From assembly GCA_000182565.2 (NCBI GenBank), contig KQ257450.1: a stretch of DNA of 46,364 nt; one strand, 5' to 3'. The position numbers and the translations under genes were made by a program. Positions 1 through 12,674 of this stretch are shown here, piece by piece. The notes beneath the pieces are model-generated. The model ran no database searches and was not told the DNA's origin. It saw only the letters and a list, made by a program, of their open reading frames with translations. Every line of letters begins with the position of its first letter. Position 1 is the first letter of the stretch. The stretch is from Spizellomyces punctatus DAOM BR117. Taxonomy: Eukaryota.

Positions 1-2586
1 GATCCTGGATGCAATGCCCGGATTCCAGCTCCATCCGAGTCCACACTCCGGACGGTATCCCCCGGTGCTGGGCGATGATACCCTGACCTCGCTACGGCCG
101 CCAACGTGGCAGACGCTAGGCCCTCGGGACTTACCGAAATCGCATTGCCTGTGATTGCGTTACGATTTGGCCCTATGCTTTGCTGGTGCCCATCGGTGCG
201 CTGCCCTGTTCGCCCGGCCTTAACGCCGGCTGTTGCATCATTCTCCAGCGTTATAGTGTTGACAGTGGAGTTTGATCGGTGCTTGAGCAAGGGTTTATGT
301 CGGTTGCTGGGCGCAAAAACAAGCTCGTCATAACGATCGCAATCAAAGGGGCTGTCAGATTGAACGGACACGGCTGGGCTGTCATCGTCATCTTCGCCCC
401 CAATTTCAAACCTAACTCCGCCTTGTCCGGCTCGTTCAGGATGTCCAGCAGAACGCTCCGAACGATTTACAACTGCGTCTAAGGCTAAGGGTTTACTTTC
501 AGATATTTCGTCGCCACTTGCGTTTTTGTCAAAATACGGTGCTATAATGGCGGAGCCAATCTGTTCCATTACACCCATCATCTGCACTTCATACATCTTA
601 CAGCGCAGCGTAAATCCGGATCGTGAGTTTTCGTCGTCGCGCGTCCAAAAGCTACACATCACCCAATTAGGCATCATAAAAAAGGGGCGTTCAGGATTGC
701 TTGGAGACGGATCGTCATAATAAAGAGGATCCCACGCTTCCAATCTTCGTTCCGCACCGGGAGCGGTCCCACCTCCAGCCATTCCCCCTCCGGCAAAATT
801 AACCCCGGCACCGCCAACCCCAAGCCCTACTTTTTCAAATGACCGATCGACTAATCGACCATTCGTTGCGCCAGGACCAGGAGTAGCCCATCGTTTTTCA
901 CCGCTAATCGCACTTTCTGTGTCAGCGCTTGTTCCACTGTTGCTCATCGCCCAACCCGAGATCCCTGCCCAGTCCTTTGAGAGAAACTGAAAGAGAGGGA
1001 CTGTGTACAATGGAGGTTTACTTAAGCAAACCAGGTCTAAGCCTATTCCGTTGTCCACCATTCGCTGCGCGGTGAGTCTGAGGAGCTTTTTATCCACTTC
1101 GAAGGTACCCGAACCAGGGGTTATAATAACAATACTCAGGCCGGTGCGGGATAAATCTCGGTCAATGTAGTGGCGATCAAAGGGATTTAGAGCCAGGTTA
1201 ATCGCTTCGAGAATGTTTCCCTCACATGCTGGTGAATTCGAACCGGACAATACAGTTGAGCCGTCTCCGGTAGGTTGCTGGAGCACATCGCGTTGAAAAG
1301 AAATGAATTCCTTCTTCAAAGGGATGAGCACCTGTGACCACTCGCTCCGAATCTCCCAATCAACCACGACTCGATAGAAGTCTCGATACGCTCGTCCAGA
1401 GGTGTCTACGAGTATTGGCACAGCGTGGTTATCGCCGTTTTCAGCTTGATCCTCAAACAAAGAGGACCTCTTATCTGACGCAAGCTCCTCTTGGTTATGG
1501 TAATGGATACGTGCAAATAAAACGATGGATACTACGTGATTTGTTCCGCCTTCCTTCCACTTTGAAAACAGTTGCGGTAAAAATCCATGCACGCACTTTT
1601 CGAAATAAAGTTCCCCGTCTTCATCGAATTCCCACATTTCTTTGCTCATTTGAATGAAGATGAAATATTTGGCCGTTTCGGATCGAAAGATTGTCTTTGT
1701 ATTTTCCGTAATATACCCGCATGCAAACTTCCCAAAGAATTCTAATTATTAAAACAGTTAATTGCTGAATGTCCGTATGCGGTGCTTACCCTTTTTCCTG
1801 CCACTACAATATCCTTGATCTGGGCGCGAATGCCGAGTGAAGATAGCTTTTTGCCGTGATATACGCAACTGTTTGTTAGCATGGTCTTTAATCGCCACAT
1901 GTCGCTTCGTCCAACGTATTGATCTCGAAAATTCAGCTCAACGTAGTCTGCAGCTACAGTGTCCTTGTCAATCTGCGACACGCAGCAAGTTAGCATGACG
2001 ATATACCTCCGGAAGATAGAGAATCCACTTACTTTACGAACGATGACATCCGTCCGTGCCTGAAGCTCGAAAAGTGCAGCAACATGTTGGGCAATAGATA
2101 TCTGGAGATGGGGAACATGCCGTCGGGGCGTCAGCTCAAACCGTAAAACAAACGGTTCACCAGCAACAGCTCCGCCGAGCACCCACCACAGGCTCAGCCC
2201 ACCTGCAACTGCGGCTGCTTGCCAGAAATTTCACGATCTATCGACGTCACTTGCAGGACAAGCGTCTTTGCTTTCCGATGTGGTGCATGAGGCGTCCTAG
2301 GTTTTGTGGGTGGAGAGACGCTCTGTTGGGGTTGGGCTGAGCGTCCTGGGGTACTGTGAGACTGAGATGGTTTCCCTACACCAGAGTTTGTATTTGATGT
2401 TCCATTTGGGGCCGTGGGATGAAAGATTTCCAAGAGATCACCGACTCGACAGCCAGGAAAACAGTCAGGATTGATTACAAGGTCCTGTTTTGAGAAACGA
2501 TCATCATGAACCCAGAGGTTGTAAGAGGAACGAAGTACTTGCTTTTGAGGAGTCTGGCCAAATTGTCGAGAGTAAGATGGGAGCAT
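1..2586 (-). CDS. IML1: IML1/SEA1/DEPDC5 GATOR1 subunit, N-terminal part; multi-exon, continues beyond window start
   Basis: ATG at 2586 (MLPSYSRQ...LWVHDDRFSKQDLVINP). Spliced exons give VELNFRDQYVGRSDMWRL, SKEMWEFDEDGELYFEKCV, GNILEAINLALNPFDRHYIDRDLSRTG and DLVCLSKPPLYTVPLF, all IML1/DEPDC5-type motifs. Confidence 0.93.
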
Positions 2587-2814
2587 TTGGGGCCAAGAAA
2601 GCAAAACGACCAGCCCAACAAAGCCGCGCATTCGCGCTTTTGATATCGCGTGTCACTCGCCTTGGCCAAACCCTCAGCGCTCTTTCCCCAAACAAAACAT
2701 CGTTTTCCTACGCTTGTGTTTGTTAATGAACATTGTGTTTTGCTACTTGACATGAATCACATCAACGGAGTTGGACAGTCTGCGTGGACTGAAGGTGGGT
2801 TTGGTGTAGGAGAG

Positions 2815-4484
2815 ATGACAGTGGAGGTCTTTAGAAGCGGCGCTGATCTTTGGCTATTCCCTCGTCCCAGGTGTGGCCTACCCTCCTCTTAGCGACGTTC
2901 CCGTCGTTGCCAAGAATTACCGCCCAACGAATCAGGCAAGTTTGCAAGGCAACTGGAAATTGTCAGCTTTGTCCTGACTCTGACGAGTCCAGTGTGGCTT
3001 GACAACGTATAGGTCTCTCTCCCTTACACTTACTTGGACGTTGAAGACAATACTGTGGAAAATGTAGGGCTGCCAAACGATTTGAAAGCGCAAGACAAAA
3101 TCATTAATTTAATAAACGGCTCTTTGGTTGGGCAGTTCAACTATGACTTTTCTCTCGAGCGCGGCGTTCTCGAGGAAGCAAATCGCATTCAAACGGAACG
3201 ACAGCTTATGGCCGCTGCCCAGGATGTACTGAAGCGCAAACTGGAGGCAGACAAACTAGCAAAGCAAAGAAGGCAGGCCCCTGGGCTTGCAGTTGATGGA
3301 GAGATAATGCAACCTACATCAGCGTCCAGCTCGCCCGCAGCCTTGGGACGGACAGATTTAAAACTCAAAACGCCCTCTCCAATTCCCCCTTTGGATGCTT
3401 CAGCTCTTAATTCTCATGGCCGACTCTCTGAACAGGAAGGCAATCGATTGGCAGGCTCAGTATCATCACTATCAGATAGTGGACGTTCCGGAAGCAATCC
3501 AAGCGTAGCTGACAGTGCGCGGAAGCATCCCGGTATTGATTATCTGGAGTTTGAGCAGGGTCTCCCTCCCCCAGACCCTTGGCGCACGGAAGATGATGAT
3601 GACGACTTGCGAATGCTAAAAGAGGTTATGGGTGTTCCTGAATCCAGAGGAACGTCATCGGTTGCACCAAATGGCAACGCTGCTGCTAGGAAAGGGAACG
3701 CCCAGCAGCGGTGGTCAGCCTTGCCTACCAGAAATGCGAGGTTAGATGCCTTAGCTGGTCATCACTCTGTGACATCAAGTCTAGAATATGACGATGTTGT
3801 GGGCCGTGCAAGAGCCCTAATGGCGGACCTTGGTCTTGGAAGCCAGTCGTCTGGTCCACCACCGCCACCAAAACCCGTTGGCTTGCAAACTAATAACCCT
3901 GGGCAATCGTCATCGTCCAGAAAGCGTCAGTCCTTGCAGTATCCTATTCTCCCGGGAATATCGACCGGTTCTTCTGCTCAGAACCAACTGGCACTGGGGC
4001 ATGACATACCGTCGGGGGTTCCCTTTGACATGCGGGTTTGTGAAGCTATTGCATTAAAAATGTTACTACCCATATTGATGCTCTTCTGTCGTAGGATACA
4101 TTTCTGAGAATTACCCAAATGGGGTTCAGTCACGAGGCAGTTGAACGAGGTATTATAAATCATGCGAGGGACGAAAAGAAGGTTAAATGTCGATTTGTCT
4201 CAAGTGCGATGAAAATGTATATTTCGGCTGATCTTTTTGGCATGTAGATTCTCGACTTTGCTATTGCATTTGAGGAGCATCGGCATGCAGGATTCAAAGG
4301 GGATGACATTCAAGTTGCAATTGGTCTATATGACCATGACATCGCGAAAGAGAGGACTTTCTTGGAGGCATATACAGCGTTGGCGGAGTTTGGCTTTCCA
4401 AGAGAGCGGATACGGGAAGCACTAGTGATGAAGAATAATGACCGAGATCAAGCCCTCGATTACTTAATGCAAGAGCGAAAGTAA
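2815..4484 (+). CDS. UBAP1: UBAP1-like protein (N-terminal UMA domain, low-complexity linker, C-terminal SOUBA overlapping UBA repeats)
   Basis: YTYLDVE...VGLP...FNYDFSLERGVL resembles the UBAP1 UMA domain. Two spliced 3' exons read ITQMGFSHEAVERGI...ILDFAIAFEE...GF...ALAEFGFPRERIREALVMKNNDRDQALDYLM, stop at 4482-4484. The start (MTVE micro-exon at 2815) is tentative. Confidence 0.8.
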
Positions 4485-4570
4485 TATACAGACACATTCT
4501 AGTCATTCCCCATATCGTGTATTTCGCCATTGCAGCCGAGTGTTTAGAGTGTTTAAGGCCACAAAACGTA

Positions 4571-7140
4571 TTATTTCCGTCCCCACAAACCACTTAGCAC
4601 ACCCATAATCCCCTTGGCTTTTTCTTCTTCCTCCGATTCACCACGTCGCCTCCTCTCCAAACCCGTTGAACGACGCTCAATATTAGATACCGGAAAGTCA
4701 AGACCATTGTATGCAATGTCGAAAAATAGCGGTTTACATGGTGCTGGTAGAAAACTTGGGGGAATTGCGATCAGATTAGGATTGCTACCATCAAAGTCCG
4801 ATATGAATGTGTTGAGGCGGGAGGTAACAGGGGCCTATTCGGGGCAATTTCATTAGCGGAGAATAGGGCCAGTATTCCTTGTTCAGGTTGCTCACCTGAA
4901 TCTCGCCGTATCCATCGTTCAGTTCTATATTTTGAATCCCCTTTGAAATTCCATCGACAGACACTCCCCGTTGATGTTGTTCCAGATACCATTTGCCTTG
5001 TTCTTTAATTTTGCCGCCCCGAATATCAGTCTCTGTGCGCAATATCTTATCCCGCAGCTGTAGCAGGTCCTCCCCTGCTCCCGTGTCATGGCGAGCAGCG
5101 CCTTCAGCTTGCGCCCTTGCGTGAACGACATGTTCATTAGCACGTTCATACAAAGCAAGCGCCTCTCCATGTTTGTCAAGGCTGGAATATGTTTGAGCGA
5201 TGAATGTAGCTCTGGAGTAGCGCATGAATTCAAAAATCTGGTCTCAATCGTTATAAACACCAACTGAATATACCTTTGAGCCTTATACATGTGACTCTGG
5301 GCGGACAGAAAGCTGTGCAACGCTAGATCGGAATCAACCACACCGAATTTCTTCATGTCGTCCAAACCCTGCGCTCAAAGAAATACATTAAGACCAATGA
5401 GATGGATTGCAGTACGCGCAAATCCTTGATACCTGAATGATCGCGTCATAAAATCTTACAATATCCTCGGGTTTCGCCCCTTTCTTCATCCCCTTTGCCA
5501 GGAATCTCCCTTGGCCATGGCGCTTGCTTTTGGCAACTTCTATCAACTCCAGATTCCGGTCAATGGAAATCGATAAACGTAGAAATGTTACATAGGCCAA
5601 GGCCAGTTGCAGGTTTGCCGAATTCTGGTCGCCCTTCGATGACTTGACCTTTGCGGTGGCAAGCTACGAAAAGACCAATCAGCACAATCAAAATTTTTGC
5701 CTTACAGATAAGCATGCTCAAATTCACCTCGTCATTCTTCACATCTTCTTTGGCCAAATGGAGAGCAATAGCTGCACTAGCTAGAGCCTTCTCAAAGCGT
5801 TCGAAATGGGCATCCAGTACTGCAGTATCCGATGTGCCGTCAAGCAAGATCGGTCGAGGAGTTGATCCTTTGAGGCCTTCGAAGGTCTTGACGGTTTCGG
5901 AGATCGCCTCTACTAACTTTTCATTTCGGGTTGGTATTATCCTCCCCCGCCACCGTATTTTGAATGTCCCGTCATTATTTTCGCTGGAAATATCAGACAA
6001 CATACTCTAAAAGCGCAGAAAGTGTTTGACGTGATTAGTAGAGGAAAAATATGATCGGTTACGTCAAAACCGCTATCGTACCCCCACCCTCGCTTCCAGA
6101 CTACGTAACTCAGATCGTGAGCTTTCGTTCGTCTGCTCTATTAAGGAGGAAATCTCCAGATTCTGAGCGCCCTTGATCTTCAAGTTGTATGCGCAGAAGC
6201 GAATGCTTGGATCAATGGAGTCAATCACCGACTGACAAAGGGCCTCCTGTTGAGCAGTACCGGCCTTTGCAAGTCTCTGATATATGACTCTAGAGTGGCC
6301 AATTAAGAGGCGCAATTAACTTCATGCATATGAGTACATGTACCCACCGTGCAGTGGCAAACTTATCGAGGGCTTCTTCCCAACGCTGCTGCTCGAAAAA
6401 GAGAAAGCCTGCCATTGTGGCGGCATACGCCTTTAAAATGATGGTAGGTTATAATTGGTCTCAAGCGCACTATAGCTTAGAACGCTAGCTACCTGCACAT
6501 CCAACAACGTTCGATTGTCCGCTTGACAATTCTGGCATATGTCGTGCAATCGCTTGGCAGCTTCCACTGCCTTCTTTAATCTTTTCACCTGATGAAAGCG
6601 TTTCCGAGGCTCATCCCTCACTTCTGCTTTCAATTCCATTGCATACGCCCATCCCCGTTCTGCCTCGAAGAGTAGAAGTTGCAGATGCCTTCAGACGTGT
6701 TCGGAAATGCAATGGGTCAGCGACAACCGTCATGATTCCGGTATTGTGCCTGCTTACTTTTCTCCCGTCACGACTTCGGCGGTCACTGGCTTCTTCTCAA
6801 ACCGCCGTTTTGCTCCAGCTTGCACCAGGTTGCAACCTTTCCGTAGCCTCTGCACTTTGTTCGCGCAAAACTGCCTAAATTTATCACATTTTATATTAGC
6901 ACTTACATCTACCAATGTAAAGGAGAACTACCATTAACCTATAGCGCTGATAGTCCTGGTGTCGCAGACCATGCATGTTTCTCGCTTCGTTGGTGAGTGC
7001 TAGAACTGTGACGCGGAGAGGTGAATACGACCACCGAGCCGACTCCAAGCGGTTAAGAAAATATGCACACCATTCAGATAGAGTTCGCCAGGCTGTAGGG
7101 GCAAAGCACCTGTTGGCGCATCAGTATCCATTGGGTCCAT
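4571..7140 (-). CDS. SRP68: Signal recognition particle subunit SRP68; multi-exon
   Basis: ATG at 7140. Exons give ARNMHGLRHQDYQRY, LFEAERGWAYAMELK, IDPSIRFCAYNL, PPSFLPAPCKPLFFDIA and the C-terminus GIMGVLSGLWGRK*. Confidence 0.93.
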
Positions 7141-7312
7141 TTGTCCAAAAGGTACCAAGCTCTTTTATTGAGTTTTGCAACCAACGTCCACTGGGATCAG
7201 TCGCAACGATCTCGTCCTTCGCTCGGCTCTGCGCGGCTCGTCCAAACTGGCTGTGCCACGTGTTGGTATGGCAACAAGATCCTACAAGCAGCTGTTCAAG
7301 GCAAGCTTCACA

Positions 7313-10300
7313 ATGTCAAATCTCAAACGATCGACTGGAAAAAACGGCATGGCCGAAGAGGATATCCGAAAAGCACTTTTGGATGTGCTAGCGCAGGTGT
7401 CTGGGTTGGCGAAGGAAGATAAAACACGAGTGTTTCGCGAAGCAGTACGGGAGAAGCTCAGTGTGGAGCCTGCATATCATGGAATGCTTTCCACTGCCTT
7501 CAACTCCATAATGCTTGACATTGTGGTGCGTGTCTGAAGTGCAGAGCAAGCATGCTTCATATAGATTAAGCGACGTTATCTTGCAGGAAAGGTCTTCTCG
7601 TGAAGATGATGCCCTATTCGCCGCCCTTTATGATCTCTTGGACGCGGCGTTGCACTGTACCGAAGCTGGTAGGCAGACATCTTGTACGATAAACTGTTCG
7701 TTAGATTTAGTCTCACCCACCACCGGTGCGAAAATTGGATTTAGGCGTTCAAGACCAAACCGTTCCTTTTAATATAATCGAAGACTTGCTCGATGTGCTG
7801 ACGATATCCGGTGCTGAGCGGGTTGTCGAGTATCTGGAGACCCGTGCGGATAGATTAACTGTGGTAAGTGCACTGACTCTCTCTGTCAAAGAGGTAACGC
7901 AATCTAATAACCATGTTGTCTTGGTCTAGGGGATAAACCCAAGTAAAGGAAAAGGGTTGGTGCTTTTGCGACTCTGTAACGAGATCCTTCGACGATTGTC
8001 GAAAACAAAAAATACGGTAACTTCCGGGCGGATTTTGATGTTCATGGCGAATGTGTACCCTCTTAGCGAGAGATCTGGTAAGGCAAAAGCGGACCTTACT
8101 TCCGTCAGACCTGATACGATTCTGAACAATGAATGCCAAAGGTGTCAATTTGCGTGGAGAATTCAATGTCAAGAATGAGACGCATTATGAAGGCGAAGAC
8201 ATACAGGATCCCATGGACATTGACGAAGCAGACGCACTGAACAGTAAGGCAGGCCGCGAGATTGCTCGGCTGGACCCCGTGTTAATGTAGTTTGGTGTTA
8301 CAGGCAGTCAGGAAAGCCTATACCGGATATTCTGGCATTTACAGCGATTTTTTGCGAATCCCTCCCTTCTATGGCAAACTGCCAACTTCAACAGATTTCA
8401 AAAGGTAGCATACGATAGCTTTCTTTTGCGCTGTATGGATTCTCAGAGCTTGCTATAGGGGATAGACGCGACTCTAAAAAGATTTGACGACATCAACAAA
8501 GAGACCACCTCGCAGTCAGCAAAACATAAAGACGATAAACAAGGCTCCCATGATCGAAAAAGGAAGCATAGAGCCAGTGACTCGTCAGAGCAAATCGATG
8601 CCGCAAAACACCCATCTGCAAATGGCAAGATTGAACTTTTTTTCCCCAAGTTTTTGACCAGTCCGAATCTGTTCGACTTAGAGGTATGTTATTTCCAGTC
8701 AATGATTCGGGTTCGCGTGGGCTTGTATAACCAAGACATTGGCTCGTCTCCATAATTGCAGTTGCGAGATCCCTACTTCCGTCGGCAAATTTTGGCGCAG
8801 TTTTCAATCATTTTGCAATACCTGTCGGTGTTGACACAAGATGAGAAAGATAAAGTTGCAAAGGAATTTGCTGAGAACAAGGACTCCATCTTGAACAAAG
8901 CCGTGCAGCAGGCATACACCTTAACGTCCGAGCAGGTGATTGACGGCCTATAACGCAGAAGGAGAAAACAGCATATATAAATTTATTTATCGCAGGAAGC
9001 ATGGGTGAAGGATGCGCGGAATCGTGCATACAGCGTCTCTGAAGCTACATATCCTTACGGTAAACTGTTCGCGAGAAATCTGAGCACCGTTATTACGCAT
9101 GAAAGGAATTGGGTGAGAATCGGTTAGCCATTTCCGTATGTTTTTTGGCGACTAATTTGGTTTTGGATTGATAGATTGAATGGAAAAACCGATCGTGCCA
9201 AACTTTCGAAACACCCCGTATCAAGGTAGAGGAAGGGGCAGCAAAACCTAAATTGCAGGTAGATTATGGAATGGATGCTTGAATGAAGTAGAGTATTTTT
9301 CAGTGACCGATTCCACACCAGGGTTCAGATGCGGTGAGGAGAAGTAATTGGCTCGGCAGTGACCATATGACTTCGCTGTGGGCGCAAGGAGACAAGGCAG
9401 AGGAAGTCATGCGGGATGCAAAAAGAAGGTGTGAGCGCGACCTTTCAGATATTGGCAAATTTGATGCGCTGAAAGTACTTTACCCTATTAGAAGAATGAT
9501 GCCGGCATTGGACACACTACTTGAGCAGCTGGATGAGCAGCTAGACGATAGTGGTAACCTAACTGGAGGTATCGAAGAAGAGTATGCATTACATAAGGAT
9601 ATGGTGCGCCCGAATCTTGCTGCCCACCTGCAAATCCTTTGCGATTACTTACATGTCTGCTATATAGCGATTTAGCTGGCGTTCGTATCGCGTGGCAATG
9701 CGTCACCATATGTACCTTTTTCATGGATCTAGACAAGTGGAAATACAAATCGACAATCAAGCACCGGGGAAAACCCTGCTGATGGAATGGCGGAAAGAAA
9801 GGAAACGGGCGGAAACAAGCACCACAGAGCAGAATGGTGCGCGGCTGCAGGCACTTTTGTTGGCGAGCACATTACTGATCCCTAATTATCTCAACAGAGA
9901 CTATCGCAGATGCTACCCAGGCAAATCAACAAGATACGGACATGGCGGATATGGAAGGATCTACCGGCGAGGTTGAGGAGAAACCGCAGTCAAGCACAAC
10001 CTTATCCACTCCCGATCACAGCCAGCAACGCCTTGTTAGCGAGCTGGAAGTCGGAGAGGTAACACCGCCTCTGGTGAGTCATTCATGGGTAGATCGCTAC
10101 ATGTATCATACAATAGTCTATTCTAACTGGACATTTCAGAAGGGAATATCAAAGGATCCAGCGGATCAACCTGAACCAGGATTAGTGGATCCAGTAAATC
10201 AACCTGAAGCAGAAGTTTCTGCTAACGAAGAAACGACAGTTACGGACGAGGCAACACCCACGGCAGCATTGCCCATCACGGCAACGATAATAGCGGGAGA

Positions 10301-10313
10301 TGCCGCGTCGTGA
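7313..10313 (+). CDS. THOC1: THO complex subunit 1 (THOC1/Hpr1); multi-exon
   Basis: [19 protein letters not shown]...[50 protein letters not shown] and ERNW..WK motifs; acidic low-complexity tail. Exact 3' exon structure is uncertain. Confidence 0.9.
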
Positions 10314-10530
10314 TGAATGAGCCCGTCAGCTCGCATTGTAGATAGAAAAAATGGAATGTATATATATGCAAATATACAAAGAGATCTTTATTTGACTGAT
10401 AATGCCACAAGGTGGACTGTTTGGTGACCGAATTTTGCTCAACCGGGCATACGTTTGCGCGAGCCAGGGCGACCTGCATGCTCCTGTGACCCGGTCGTTT
10501 CCAGTTGAGATCTGTGATGATGTACCCTCT

Positions 10531-11907
10531 TTATGCTCCGAAGCTTGCCGTGACGTATTCATAGAAGTGTTCCCTTTTCCCATTGTAACCAGAAATTACA
10601 GCGTACACCTGTCCAGCGGTTATCTCTTTACGCTTAATCACTGCCAGTAATGCTTTGAACCGCTCCTGCACTTCTGCATTGCCAAACGTTGAATAGTCCA
10701 ATCCCACATTGGCGCTCGATGCCGCGAGAACTTGTTGAAGGAACTTCAAATGGATCTCTCCGCCAAATATGCCACAACCCCAGTGCGAAGTGGTGATTTT
10801 TCGCGCACCGTCCGTTTCAGTAGAGGCCACATACGAGAAGGCCATATAGGCTTTGCGAAGATCCCTATCAACCATGGCTTTATCAAAATGACGGAATGTA
10901 CACGCATCCAGGGCCAAGAGAGTATGGGATCGTGGGCTGCCGTTGTAAAAGCCAGCAAACTGGAATGTATCTCCGTAGCCCGTATATTCGGAGAATCTCT
11001 TTACATTGCTAATGATGATTACCTCGTCGTCACTTATGGTTTCACAGAAGAGCAATCCCACAAATGCTTCTGGACAGCAGCTAAATAATATCTCCTCCTG
11101 CGTGGCGGAAGGGATAATAGAATGAACGTGCAGGCGCCTATTGGCGAAGTCGACAATTGCGGAAGCATCCGACGACTCCATGCGTCCGGTATGAACGTTA
11201 ATGCGGGTGACATCGATCTTTCTGGCAAGCGAGGCAAACTGTGGAATTTGCATAGCGTTTTTTGTACGTCGAGTGAACGACACATTTTCCGCTCCCATTT
11301 GCGGTGTTTGATCGATTTTTTTGTTTTGTTCAAAGTAGCTCAGAAGGCACAGAGTTCTATGAATGCCTACCTCGTCCCCGCCTACGTATATTCGGTGAAA
11401 ACTTATCTCCCCCAAGCGCCCCCTGTAGCTTTGATTCAGTGGCAACACATTTATGAAAAACGCTTGTGCAAGGATATGGCGGATCGTTCTTCTCGTCAAG
11501 CACGTTCTCGCATCTTCTCCATGGCGCAGCGTTCGCACACAGATACCCTCATCTCCATTATAGTCAGTAGCCCAGCGATGAATGAGCGGTAAAAGGTCTG
11601 CATAAAAGTTATACGTTGCGCACTCTCGTCTCGTCCTCATAAAATCTTCAAAACGAGTTATAGCAACTTGGAGTCCTGCAAGAGCACTGGGCGGAACATG
11701 CGTTTCTGGAAATAGTATTTGGAGCTGTCGAGTAAGTAAGTCATGCAGACTCCCGTAACCAGAGGGTGGTAGTTCTCCCAGGAGAGCCACAGTCGCGCTT
11801 TTTGAAGGTAGAACGGAGATGCTTTCTGGGAGATCCATCGTACACCCACTTTGATCGACTGCGTACGGGCAGTGGCCAGGTTCTCCCTTCGCAGCAGATT
11901 GCCCCAT
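10531..11907 (-). CDS. PARG: Poly(ADP-ribose) glycohydrolase (canonical PARG macrodomain family), intronless, variant catalytic loop
   Basis: 458-aa ORF with VDFAN...QEEILF...PE, FSEYTGYG (tyrosine clasp), RDLRKAY and HWGCGIFGG motifs. Confidence 0.88.
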   Translation of the reverse strand: MGQSAAKGEPGHCPYAVDQSGCTMDLPESISVLPSKSATVALLGELPPSGYGSLHDLLTRQLQILFPETHVPPSALAGLQVAITRFEDFMRTRRECATYNFYADLLPLIHRWATDYNGDEGICVRTLRHGEDARTCLTRRTIRHILAQAFFINVLPLNQSYRGRLGEISFHRIYVGGDEVGIHRTLCLLSYFEQNKKIDQTPQMGAENVSFTRRTKNAMQIPQFASLARKIDVTRINVHTGRMESSDASAIVDFANRRLHVHSIIPSATQEEILFSCCPEAFVGLLFCETISDDEVIIISNVKRFSEYTGYGDTFQFAGFYNGSPRSHTLLALDACTFRHFDKAMVDRDLRKAYMAFSYVASTETDGARKITTSHWGCGIFGGEIHLKFLQQVLAASSANVGLDYSTFGNAEVQERFKALLAVIKRKEITAGQVYAVISGYNGKREHFYEYVTASFGA

Positions 11908-12674
11908 TGTACACCAAGTTCAAGTGCACAGCCACACGCCTTTTCTCATGGACAGCCTTGGTCGAGGTGTTTTTGTATGTTCACTCGACGACAGTGATCA
12001 GCTCTCCTCTTCAATCAAAACGCTTTTGCAGGCACCCTGACATTGAATTTGCAAGCCAACCGAAAGAGCACCTTGAATCTTAGATACGGGTTACTCCAGT
12101 GCAACATGCCCGATATCTTTAGAAACTTTCGTCAGACTCTGATGAATGTCGTAAAATCTGTTTGTTTACACCAATTCACTAGCTTTCGTGTCTTGAGCTC
12201 ACTGCACCCTAACCCTATGGACCATGGTACTGTATGTACGTTGTCCTGGCAACAACGTCTGCTTAAATGCAAGGATTTTCAGATTCCACTCGTGGTTTCC
12301 ATCATTGGGCAGCGATCGTGATGAGCGCACAATAGCGATGTTAGAAGCCCGTCGCTATCCTGCTCTCTTTACAACAGTGCTCAACGGCTGATTATCCATT
12401 TTCTTGCACCATTGTGTACAGCACGATTTTGTTTCCTATAAATCATTGCTGAAGGTTTTGGTGCAAAACGCAATTGCGCCTGTCAAGGGCTGCAGTGGAC
12501 TACTCGCACAGTGTTGGATGCGGCGGATATCGACTGTCGTCGTCCTTGTGACCTGCGTCCAATATTTCCATCGTCTCTCATAGGGCTATACTGAATACTG
12601 CACCGAAATAGCTTGAAGACGAAACACTCCAGTGTGGGCCGTTGTGCATTTATTTCCAGCAAAAATCCAATGAC

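Noticed and set aside
106-1657. Several + strand ORFs (64-107 aa)
   Set aside because: They are antisense to the IML1 coding exons and have no recognisable motifs.
7141-7312. Very short divergent promoters (SRP68/THOC1, also IML1/UBAP1-like and UBX/COG3)
   Set aside because: Ordinary for compact fungal genomes; no shared motif could be supported.
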